Under the pieces are notes generated by a model. The model worked only from the letters and a program-made list of their open reading frames with translations, did not search any database and was not told the origin of the DNA. 64,000 nucleotides of DNA from Cenococcum geophilum (lineage: Eukaryota). The DNA lies in NCBI GenBank assembly GCA_050273025.1, contig CP158635.1, positions 22,940,001-23,004,000 of the forward strand, in the 5' to 3' direction. The stretch's first letter is position 1, and the number at the start of each line of letters is the position of its first letter. The position numbers and the translations under genes are program-made. Shown one piece after another: positions 12,101 through 22,964 of this stretch.

Positions 12101-14681
12101 GGGCCTTTAGGCTATAGCAAAATAGGTAAAGAAAAAGGCAGGGCACCTAATAAAAGACCTACACCTACTACCCCTATAAAGAGTAGGAGAATTATAGGCT
12201 ATAAACAACAACAATAAAAAGGCAAAGATCCTTATAAAAAGGTTCTTCCCCTAACTAGCTCTAGTAGACCTTAGTAATATTATAGGCAAAATACTAGTAA
12301 CTTGCCTGCGGGTCAACAGCGATATAATAATAAAGGAAATAGCTAGAACCATTAGCCGCCTTTTAAACAATATAGTATTAGGACCAGATAGGATTCCAAA
12401 TAAGGCCCTAAAAACCTATAGGCCACTTATAGCACCTTAGCTTATAGATATAGCCAGAGCATACTTTACTATAAGCTACTACCTGCGACTCGGAAGATCT
12501 ATAACAACGGTTATCCTATAAAAAGAAGGTAAAGTAGATTACTTAATCCTAAGAAGCTACCGCCCTATTGCCTTAAAAAACACCCTTAGCAAGATCTTAA
12601 AAAGGGTAATAGCGGAATATATAGCAGATATGGTAGAGGAACACGCCCTACTACCATAAAGCTAAATAGGGGCAAGAAAGAACCGCTTAACACTATTAGC
12701 ACTTACGCTACTCGCTACTACCATTAAATCTACATAGGCGATACAAAAGAACTTTATAGTATTAATACTTAGCCTAGACATTAGTGGTGCCTACAACAAT
12801 ATACCCTATAAGCGTCTCCTGTATATCCTTAGGGCAAAGGGCTTCCTAAAATAGATTATATAATTTATCTAAGGGTTTATAGGCCAGAAAGAAATATTAT
12901 TAGTCTTCAGCGGATACCAGAGCCCCCCTATTGTAGTTATAACAGGAATACTATAAGGATTACCCCTCTCGCCTATACTCTTCCTTTTCTTTATAAGTAA
13001 CCTATTTAACTCCTTTAAGGAAGGGGCAACCTAGGGGATAGGCTTTATTAATAATACAAACCTAATTATATACGGGCTAACAGCCGTAGAGAATTATAGA
13101 ATACTAGAGAAAGCCTATAACACTTATATAGAATGGGTAAAATGTTATAGAGTCCAATTCTTACTAGAGAAATACCAGCTAATCCATTTTATAAGAAAAC
13201 GCAACTAATCTGCAGATCTTTAGCATATAATTTACATCTAAGGCTTTAGGGGTCAACTAATTTAGGGCCTAAGGGTATTAGGAGTATAGGTAGACAGTAA
13301 GCTCTAATAGAGCGCACATATAGTATAAGCGGCCCGTAAAGGCTAAGTATAGTTTATTACTTTATCTAGGATTGTTAATTCCATATAGGGTCTATACTTT
13401 TAGAGGTCACGCCTACTATATATAGCAGTTATCCGGCTAACCATGATATATAGATCCAGTATTTGGGCCATTAGAGAAACTAAAAAGGGCCCCCCTAAAT
13501 TACTCCTTAAACCACTTTAAAAGGTCTAAACAGCCTACCTTTAGAGTATTATAGGCGGGTATAAGTAAACGGCCACAGTACTACTTAAGAAGAAATCTAA
13601 TATTCCCCCCCTATAGTTATATATTAAAGCCGCTATAATATAAAGGACGTAAAATAAACGCAACTCTAATATTATAAAGTACATTAAGACACGCCTAAGT
13701 AAACTATAGAGGGACCCTAAGGTGCCCTGTAGGAGAATAAACCAACAACCCTAAAGTAGGGAAGAGATATTAGAGAAACAGGTAAAGAAAGCAGAAGAAG
13801 AATAGTACCGCTTTAGGGCCCAGGCCTATATAGAGGAGAAAGGGAGACGCGTAAGAGGTTAGTAAAGATAGTAAGACAGAGAAAGGAGCTAAAGTAGAAC
13901 ATGTAAGAACGCTAGGAAATTATCTACCGCAATACAATACTAATTGGACTAACGCTAGAGAGGTAAATAGAAGTTAAAGGTATAGAGGCTAACTTAGGCA
14001 AGATAAACCTAAGCTATAGTATAGTTAACGCTATAGGGGGTAAATACCTAAGGGCTCCGAGAAGGCCTAATAAAGGCAAAAAATATAATAGCAACACTCT
14101 TAAGAATAGGAATAATAGGACTAAAAGATTAGCTTTACTAGGTGGGTGTCCTAGTAGGTAGCCTAAGATATAAATATAGCTGGCCAAAATAGACACTAAA
14201 ACACGTAATACTATTATGCCCCCTACGCACCAATTAAGAAATAATGCTCTTAGTAGCTGGCATAGAGAACTATAATATACTACTCTCAATATAAAAAGGC
14301 CTCAAGGCGGTTACCTAGTGGCTTATTAGTTAAAATATGCTAAATTAGTTCCAGGTTATAAGGGAAATAGTAATAGAAGGTAAGGGGGCAAGTAGCAGGT
14401 GCCCCCTAGTAACTCTACAGTAGTAGAGTAATAGTTTATAATACTAGCGCGTCTATAGGCTTGTTACGGCAGCAGTGGTTCCCAAAAAGGTTAAATAGTA
14501 AGGTAGTAGAGCACTATAGGCGACTTATAGGCGCTAAGTAGGCGAGTCCTAAAAGGCGGGGAGATGGATTACGGGGTTTTCTTATTTTTCTTAAATAGAG
14601 TTTTCTCCCTATATGTAAATAAGGAGTAGTCCGCGTGGGCCCAATAGGGATCTAAATTGGACGTTAAGCAATGAATTATTA
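9111..14681 (+). mobile_element. Apparently full-length RIP-degraded LINE (Tad1-like)
   Basis: 15-bp TSD TTATATATTAT(A/G)CGG at 9096-9110 and 14682-14696. ORF1 has zinc-knuckle remnants at ~10230-10390. ORF2 has an APE start (LSIIQYN, ILAIQE) at ~10990 and RT motifs GPDRIPNKAL, YRPIAL, PLSPILFLFF and GFINNTN (RIP-altered F-I-D-D). 3' end is AATGAATTATTA. Confidence 0.9.
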
Positions 14682-16520
14682 TTATATATTATGCGGTTAA
14701 AATTATATCCTTTTTCTGCTAAACAATTATAATAAAAGGTACTAGCTTGGCCCTTAAGTATAACGGAATAGGCGTTATAGTATTAATTAGACTTTATTCC
14801 TACCTTTTAGTAATAGTTATAGAAGATATGTAGTTTCGAATTAAGAACATTATATAATTCCCTACTAAACTTATTCTCCTAATCTAAATAGAGCTTCGTA
14901 AGCTCTATAAGCAATTTTAAACTACCTTTAATTTAAGATTAAGATAAAAAAGGTAGGAGTTGCATTATAGGCTGCAGTAGGGACATAGGTCTAGTTAGTA
15001 GAGTTTAAAGGTTAGTAGATTGCGAAGCAAGGGGATCTTATACTTACTCGTGTTAAAAGGCAGTAATTAAAGTTATAAGTTAAATTGGTGGATTCTAGGG
15101 AACTAAAGATAGAGGTAGAGGTAATAGATATAAAATAGAAGAACTTATGCCTAAAGCAATGGAATTAGAACGCGTCTCTTATAGTATATTACTTAGATTC
15201 TATTATAAGTTAAGCTTCCTTATAGTGCGTAGTTAGTGCTTAATCTCTTATACAGTTTATTTATACTTTTCTTTTACGTCAAGAACCTGCTCCTAAATAT
15301 TATCTCTAACAATACCCCCATCCTTAAGGATAAATACTCTATTCTCCTAAAGGAAGTTACGGAAGTTCTATATAATATCCTTATTTATAGGGGCCTATGT
15401 TTCCTTTATCTATCTAATAAAGTTCTCCTTTATACATTTCTATAGCGCAGTATTGTTATATTTACTATCCTTATAATATACTATATAGTATAATAAAAAT
15501 CTATTTAAGTCTTATTTATTAGCGTTTATAAGGTTAATTATAGCTTTATTCTATATCTTTAGGTTAATATCTTCCTTATACTTCTTTAGGTAGGTTAACG
15601 CCATAGTAGGTATAGAATTGACAGGGTGTTATACGTCAAAAGTAGGTGGGATTTTCGGTTTTATAGGATCTCGTAGGTTTACTGTTAAGAGGTAGGCAAT
15701 TTAAGATATTATTTAACGCGTTTTAGACGTTAACTTAGGACCTTAGGTTTAGTAACACTTCTAACCTAAAGTACTTAACTAAATCTTCGTAAATACGGTT
15801 ATTCTATATAATAGACGCAACTTAGTATCTCCTAGTACTTAGTAACACTTCTATTACTAGTTTTCCGCAAGTTTAAGGTAGCACGGTATTGCCGGGATCC
15901 ATTCTATATAAGCGCATATGGCACCCCTATATAAGACTATCTCTTCTATTTAAAAACCTAGCTACTTTATAGTTAACTATATATTTAACCACTAATCAGT
16001 ATTAGTTACATAGGGTGACTTACCAATAACGACTACTCGAGTAGGTTACAGTGATGTTAGTTAATAAAGCTTTTTAATTGGAATGAGGAAGGGTGAGGAA
16101 CTTAAGGCTCCTCGCCACGCTAGTGCCGCGGCGACACGTGATGGCAACTTGCCATTATGTGACGGCAGTTTGCTATACGTGACGGCAAATTGCCTTATTC
16201 CTGACAAGTAGCTTATCTAATTTATTATAGGGTCTTGTATTTAGTCTAAGGCCCCCTATATTAAGGGTAAACTAGCTTTAGCCCTTACTAAAGTATAAAA
16301 GCTTTAAGATAATAGTGTAATAAAGCCTTGTAGGAAATACTACGATAGACTTATTAATAGGCTGGGTATATAAATATAGAATAGTTAATAACGTAAATAT
16401 AATTAGTGGAGTAGGTTACCTAATAGATTAGCTTTAATTATATTTTAAGATTTACTATAAAAAAGAGAACTATTTAAATAGGGACTATAGTCTTTAGTTA
16501 GCGCAGAGCCTCAATATAAG

Positions 16521-18990
16521 TGTAAGGGTTATTTTGGCCCTTACTCGGCTGCATCGCCTAGGGGCTCTTAGGGGTCGCCAAGGCTAGCCTTTGGCTAGCC
16601 CTTGGCACCTCCTTATAAGCACCTCGGGCTTGCAGCTCTTCCCTCCTTATCGGTTTGTCTCTCTCTGTACTTAGGCTATTGCCTACCCTCATTACTATAT
16701 CGTCCTCTTCCATCGACTCCCTATGTGACTCATGCTCGGCTTGCCTGCTCCCTACCGTACACCCTGGCAATACTGCCTTACATTCGAACTGATCCTACAC
16801 CCTCGCGGGTGGTAGCCTGCAGCAAGCCGAGGGCTGCGCCCTCGAGCAATTTCACGATCCTCCATTTTTACCTAGGACGATCGCGTTCACTGCGACACAG
16901 CAGGTACACCAGCAGACGCCTAGTAGATCGCATCCGTATATAACGGTTTATTGGAATACGGATCAAGGTCCTCTATATTACCTAGGACGATCGCGTATGC
17001 TGCAGAGCAGCTATACCAGCAGACGTCTGGCAGATCGCATCCGCTTACGGTAGTAGATACGGATCAGGAGATAAGGGAGACGGTAGCTACCTGGCTAAGG
17101 GTTAGGGGCTATCCGGATCGTACGCGATTATCTCTCGATGCGATTGGTATACGCATACAATCGATAGTGCAGCGGTGCAGCTCTGCCACGACGGCGACCC
17201 GAAGGTGATTCGATTGCTATCTAAAAGCTTTCTGGTAGGAGTTAAGGGGGATCCTACGCGATTAAGCTTGCAAACACTCTATAGCTAACCGCGGTTTACT
17301 CGCTATAGAGGTCCCACCAACAGAGATTGGAAGGTTGAACGTCCTTAAAGAGATGCAGCTACCCTGGAGGCTATCCGATTGCTATTTAATGGCTATCCGA
17401 AGAACTAACGGCTAGTTTTCAAAGCTATAGCTACTACCCTCTCTTCCAGATTAAATGCAATCAAGGGCTACTGCCTAATTAGCTATAGAGCTGCCGAGAC
17501 CTAATCGCAGGGCGATTGTCTCTTAGAGCTACAGCTTGCCCAAAAGATATGGCAGCAGCTTAAAGATTGTACGCGATTATCTGTCTGCAAGGCTTTGGTC
17601 GCTCTAAGAGCTCCAGCTTGCATTAAGAGCTATAGCTTGCCCAAGAGAATGGCAGCGGCTTAAAGATTGTACGCGATCATCTTTCTGTAAGGCTTTGGTT
17701 GCTCCAAGAGCTCCAGCTTGCATGAAGAGCTACGGCTCGTCTTAGGGCTACGGCCCGACCCGGAGACTCTCCGGTTGTCAGCCTAAGGGCTGCCGAGACT
17801 TAATTGTACGCGATTGTCTCTTCTGAAGTTACAAGCTTAGCTTATGAGATCCTATTGCGGTTAAATGCTATCCTTAAGCTACGGCTTACTTCAAGAGCTA
17901 CGGCTTAAAGATCGTACGCGATCTCTCTGCAAGGCTTTGGTCGCTCCAAGAGCTCTAGCTTGCATTAAGAGCTACAGCTTGCCCAAGAGAATGGCAGCAG
18001 CTCTTAGATCCTACGTGATCTCTTCTTATTGCTAATATTACTCCGTAATAATAGTGTAATTCAGAAGGAAGGAAACACGCGTATGGCTATTTGGCCATCA
18101 CTTCCTTACAAAAACTGATTGCGCGGCCGGGGGAAGGTAATTAAGACGTCAGTTTAAAGTCTCTAAAAAAGAGCTACGTCTTATAAAGATCGTACGCGAT
18201 CTCTCTGCAAGGCTTTGGTCGCTCTAAGAGCTCCAGCTTGCATTAAGAGCTATAGCTTGCCCAAGAGAATGGCAGCAGCTTAAAGATCCTACGCGATTAT
18301 TTTAGTAAGGCTTTGGTCGCTTTAAGAGCTCCAGCTTGCTTCAAAAGCTTATAAGACCCGATATCTCTCCGAACCCCTTCCGGGACGAGCCCTCTATAAT
18401 CTCCCGCTACTGTAAGGTAATGGAGGGGGCTGACCGTAAGAAGGGGGGGGAATGTAAGGGATATTCTTGCGATTAAGCCGGCTCCAAGTGGAGACTATCT
18501 GGCTGTCAGCCATAGAGCTGTCGAGACTTAATTGCAGGCGATTGTCTCTTTAAGACTGATCGTATACGATCAAGTCTTACCTACCAGTAGACGCTCTTTT
18601 CCTACCTAAAATAGGCCCTTTTTCCCACTGGGTTTTGGCCATAGGTTAAGGTTTTTATTAAGGCTGCTTGGCTGGTCCTTTTCCCCTATTTCTTTATTCC
18701 CCTATATAAGTAAGGCTTCTGCACTGCTTACCTTTCTGTATATAGAATTAATCTATTGGGATACGGGCTGGGGGCCAGCCCTAACTAAGGGGGGGGCAAT
18801 GTAAGGGTTATTTTGGCCCTTACTCGGCTGCATCGCCTAGGGGCTCTTCCCTCCTTATTGGTTCGTCTCTCTCTATACTTAGGCTATTGCCTACCCTTAT
18901 TACTATATCGTCCTCTTCTATCGACTCCCTATGTGACTTATGCTCGGCTTGCCTGCTCCCTACCGTACACCCTAGCAATACTGCCTTACA
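16521..18990 (+). mobile_element. Non-coding LTR element C (LARD/TRIM-like, gypsy-style TGTAAG...TTACA termini)
   Basis: LTRs at 16521-16782 and 18800-18990, TSD ATAAG, PPT AAGGGGGGGG just before the 3' LTR. The 2-kb interior has no recognisable gag or pol and consists of repeats. Confidence 0.9.
17480..18345. repeat. About five dispersed/tandem copies of a ~100-bp unit inside element C
   Basis: Unit aaagatcgtacgcgatc..ctgcaaggctttggtcgctccaagagctccagcttgc..cccaagagaatggcagc at ~17562, 17662, 17907, 18185 and 18282. Confidence 0.85.
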
Positions 18991-20484
18991 ATAAGTTTTA
19001 TAGCCTTAGTAAAGTACCCCCTATAGCTCTACCAATTTGGCTTTAAATTATATAAATAAAACTTTATTTTATAGCCTTAAAGTAGGGCTATAAAATAAGC
19101 CCTTATTTATATAAATTAGAGCTATATTAGTAGGGTTATAGGGGGTAACGTGTTCGGTAAGTAAGCTGGCCACGCAAGTATCCTGGCCACCCTATCAAAA
19201 ATCGCGAATTACGGGACGCGTTACTCCACTACTACCTCAATGGCTACGCCATAACAACAAAAAGCCCTTTTTTAAGAGGGTAGACTTGATTTAGCCATCT
19301 AAGCCTATAAGTAAGGCCAATTCTTGAGTTTCCGAGCCGCTACTAGTATATACGATGTACCCCAGAGTACAGCCTAGCTACGCGTTAAAGGCATTAAATT
19401 AAAACGCGAATCTATTGGACTAAATCGCCGTCTTACACTAGTATAAGAAGAGAGTCTTAAGCAGTGGATTCTATTAATGGATTAACGCGGTATACTACCT
19501 AGGATTGCTACCGTGCGGTAGATAGCTAGTCTCCTAGCTACCTAGTATACCAGATTAGCTACCCTATAACTTGTTAGTAAGAAATAGGTATATAATTTTA
19601 TTAAGCGCTATAACGACCTATAATCTAAATATAATTGTAAGTATAACTACTAGCGTGCTAAATATAAGGATCCTATACTTATTTGGGCCTAGTTTAAACG
19701 TGTTTAAGATATAAAGGATAAATATAGGATTCTTAATGAAGATACCTGGAATTTTAATAAGACTGGCTTTTAAATGGGTGTTATTATAACTATAAAAGTT
19801 GTTACTAGAACCGATCGTGCTGGCCAGCCTAGAATAGTATAGCTAGGCAATCGAGAATAGGTTACAATTATTAAAGCTATTAATGCCCTTGGGGTTGCAA
19901 TTCCACTACTTATTATCTTTAAGGTAATAATGCACTAAGCTGCCTAGTATAAGGACAATATTATACCACACAATTGGTTAATTAGTGTTAGTAATAACGG
20001 CTGGATAATAAACAAGATTAGCCTAACCTAGCTAACGGAGGTCTTTAATAAGCATATAAAGGTTTAGACAGTTAGTACGTATTAGCTACTAGTACTAAAT
20101 AGCCACAACAGCCACGTATTGCCTGAATTTAATCGGTTCTGCCTAGATTATTAAATAGTCGTCCTTTGTATACTAGCGTATTTATTATATCTACTGTAGC
20201 CGCTAAATGTAGGCTGTTACTTAGTCCTTAAGCAATTATATAGACGCCTTATTAAACAGATTATAGCCCACGGTATTAATTACATTAATAAACGCGAATT
20301 TCTACCACTGTATAGGCAGGCTAGGCAAACAGTACTACATTAGAATAATATATAGGTAGGATTCGCTACTACCAGCCTAGTCCTATATAGCCCTAATCGC
20401 GTATTAGTATAGCTGCATACCAACATCGGGAAAATATTCGCAGGATGAGATTCAAGTTAACTTTGGTGTTCGCGTTTCGCGTAA

Positions 20485-20880
20485 TTGATATGCAATTTGA
20501 CTAACTCAACACGCAATTGACCAACTTGATACGCAATTAACCAACTTAATACGCAATTTAACTAACTTAACACGCAGTTAACCTACTTAATATGCAATTT
20601 AACTAACTTAATACGCAGTTAACCTACTTAATATGCAATTTAACTAACTTAATACGCAGTTAACCTACTTAACATGCAATTTAATTAACTTAACACGTAG
20701 TTGACCTACTTAACATATAATTTAACTAACTTAACACGCAGTTAACCTACTTAATATGCAATTTAACTAACTTAACACGTAGTTGACCTACTTAATATAT
20801 AATTTAACTAACTTAACACGTAGTTAACCTACTTAATATATTTAAAAGTTAAATAACATATAGTTAACCTACTTAACAAC
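20485..20880. repeat. 20/21-bp minisatellite with a 41-bp higher-order period
   Basis: Unit aatttaactaacttaacacgcagttaacctacttaatatgc repeated. Confidence 0.9.
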
Positions 20881-20971
20881 TTTAAAAGCTAACTGTATAT
20901 TCCTTGACATGCAATTAAGGTAAAGTTATATGCTAATTACGCAAATGAATTTTTACATAGTTTTATTACTT

Positions 20972-21108
20972 AGAGGCTCTGCACAAGGCTCTACACGAAG
21001 CTCTGCGTACAGAGGCTCTGCACGAAGCTCTGCACGAAGCTCTGCACGAAGCTCTGCACGAGGCTCTGCGCGAAGCTCTGCGTACAGAGGCTCTACACGA
21101 AGCTCTGC
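20972..21108. repeat. 12-bp minisatellite (GCTCTGCACGAA)
   Basis: Visible tandem units; the same motif recurs at 30650-30960. Confidence 0.88.
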
Positions 21109-21227
21109 ATCGGGTCCCCGCTATATTCCCGATAGCCTCTCCTATGTAGCCACCTTATTTTTTTTATCCATCCATCCTTCCTTACATCCTCCCTACCTAG
21201 GGAGGCACCAGAACGGCAGCCAGCAGA

Positions 21228-21570
21228 GGACCGTCGCCAGAACTAGACGACCGTTACCAGAACCAGACGACCGTCGCCGTCGCCAGAACTAGAACACCGT
21301 TACCAGAACCAGACGACCGTCGCCAGAACGAGACGACCGTCGCCAGAACCAGACGACCATCGCTAGAACTAGACGACCGTTACCAGAACCAGACGACCGT
21401 CGCCGTCGCCAGACGACCGTTACCAGAACCACACGACCGTCGCCAGACGACCGTCGCCAGAGCTAGACAACCGTCGCCAGAACCAGACGATCGTCGCTAG
21501 AACCAGACGACCGTTACCAGAACTAGACGACCGTCGCCAGAACCAGACGACCGTCGCCAGAGCCAGACGA
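21228..21570. repeat. 20-bp minisatellite (CCAGAACCAGACGACCGTCG)
   Basis: Visible tandem units with internal deletions. Confidence 0.9.
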
Positions 21571-21629
21571 CAACAACTAGCCAGCGAACACTATAAACGA
21601 TTCAATCGATCGATCGAATTAAGGCAGCA

Positions 21630-21950
21630 CAGACAGGTAGGCACAAACAGGGAGATGCTGACGGGTAGGCAGATATAGATAGGTAGGCAGATGCAAATAG
21701 GTAGGCGATGCAGACAGGTAGGCGATGCAGACAGGTAGGCAATGCAGATAGGTAGGCGATGTAGATAGGTAGGCAATGTAAACAGGTAGGCGATGCAGAT
21801 AGGTAGGCGATGCAGACAGGTAGGCGATGTAGACAGGTAGGCAATGCAGATAGGTAGGCGATGCAGACAGGTAGGCAATGTAGACAGGTAGGCGATGTAG
21901 GTAGGTAGGTAGATAGGTAGGTAGGTAAGTCAATAGGTAGATAGGTAGAA
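21630..21950. repeat. 17-bp minisatellite (GATGCAGACAGGTAGGC) grading into (GGTA)n
   Basis: Visible tandem units; explain three overlapping spurious minus-strand ORFs. Confidence 0.9.
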
Positions 21951-22964
21951 GAGAACCATTGCTATATTATATTAAATTATCTAAAATAATATTTATTTTG
22001 CTAGCCTTATAAATAGCCTTAAAGTAGCTTTTATTTATTTAAAATATGCTATTAGTATAAAAGAGGTAAATATAATTATGGTTACCAAATACGCAGATTG
22101 CTGGCAGGTTTCGCGCAGGTTGCGCGCAGGTTGCGCGCAGACTGCGCGCAGGCTGCGTGTCAAAAAAACACGACATAGGCTAGTCGGTCGAGTTGCCAAA
22201 TGCCCTCAACTGCGCGCCAATTGCGTCAACCACCAACCATTGAGGCCATTGGTAGGGTACCATATTTTGCCGATGAAATATCAGACGTCGTTACCCTAAC
22301 GTCTATAATTAGATGCATCCTAGACAGCTAAAACACCCTATAATATTGCTAAACTATAATAGCAGACAGCCCTGCTAAAGCGTTATCTTAAACAGCGTAT
22401 ATATAGCCTACTAAGTCTAACAGAACAAGCTCTTGGCTAGCTTATTAAGGGGTGCGAAATAGCAATATTAAGCGCTATACTGCTTATAAGTAAAAATGAG
22501 AAGCTACATATAGAGAACCGGCGCCAAAAGAAGAAAAAGGAATAGCGGCGCACGTATATAGCTAGGGGGGGTGTTCTATCAGGAGCAGAAGGGGCTTCTC
22601 GTGCACAAGCTGCCCAAGAGGGGGCAGCAGAGGTAGCGGCCGAGCGACCGCAACGGGTATTGCGCAAGTGTAGCATATGCAAATTAACAGAACATAATGC
22701 ACGTACGTGCCCTAGACGTCAAATAAATAGCCAGTAGATAGCTACACTAAATACAATTGTTCGTGGTTGAGTAACGCGTCACGTAATTCGCGATTTTTAA
22801 TGGGGTGGCCAGGATACTTGCGTGGCCAGCTTACTTACCGAACACGTTATATTGTTTTGATCGTGGGTAGATGCGCGCGTCGTGGCTCTAAGCGAGTTCC
22901 CGATATTTCCGAAACGACAGTAAGAACACCAACCAAAGTGGTTAAAAAAAGCTAATTCAGTATA

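Larger units (their letters stand above)
1..16206 (-). mobile_element. RIP-degraded Ty1/copia-type LTR retrotransposon, host of three nested insertions; 3' end lies beyond the window start
   Basis: Minus-strand translation shows copia domain order. 5' LTR at 16000-16206. Gag starts at ATG 15604 (ENKFSRELYNVLNSKLHIFY...ILKGQASTFYY) and continues at 9075-9110 and 6300-6869. Protease-like IMPDTRAVGVSTAEEP at ~5950, integrase at ~4950-5620, RT (AEVGTH*WATY..HHKEKLL) at ~3570-4450, RNase H tail (KRLIIDIMAL...RRE) at 1-70. Frequent TAA/TAG stops. Confidence 0.88.
20424..22275. mobile_element. Non-autonomous DNA element with 14-bp TIRs and a 2-bp TSD (CACTA/CMC-like), built of minisatellites
   Basis: Left end CATCGGGAAAATAT, right end ATATTTTGCCGATG. 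Removing the element plus one AA restores the host transposase frame (cat acc aaa tat cag). Confidence 0.8.
19148..22847 (+). mobile_element. Fot1/pogo-like DNA transposon, RIP-degraded, interrupted at 20424-22275
   Basis: TA TSD and ~45-bp TIRs ACGTGTTCGGTAAGTAAGCTGGCCACGCAAGTATCCTGGCCACCC. Transposase starts at ATG 19240 (EGRLDLAI, WNFNKTGF, GNRE*VTII, LLVLNSHNSH, *PLNVG) and ends with a C-terminal CSICKLTEHNARTC knuckle. Confidence 0.95.

Noticed and set aside
16783..16796. PBS complementary to a tRNA T-arm (TTCGAACTGATCC)
   Set aside because: Too short to assign without the organism's tRNA set; could be chance.
21591..21933. Cys/His-rich repeat ORFs
   Set aside because: All three frames are open because of a 17-bp repeat; not credible proteins.
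20485..21950. CRISPR-like array
   Set aside because: Units are contiguous tandem repeats without unique spacers, there are no cas genes, and the context is eukaryotic.
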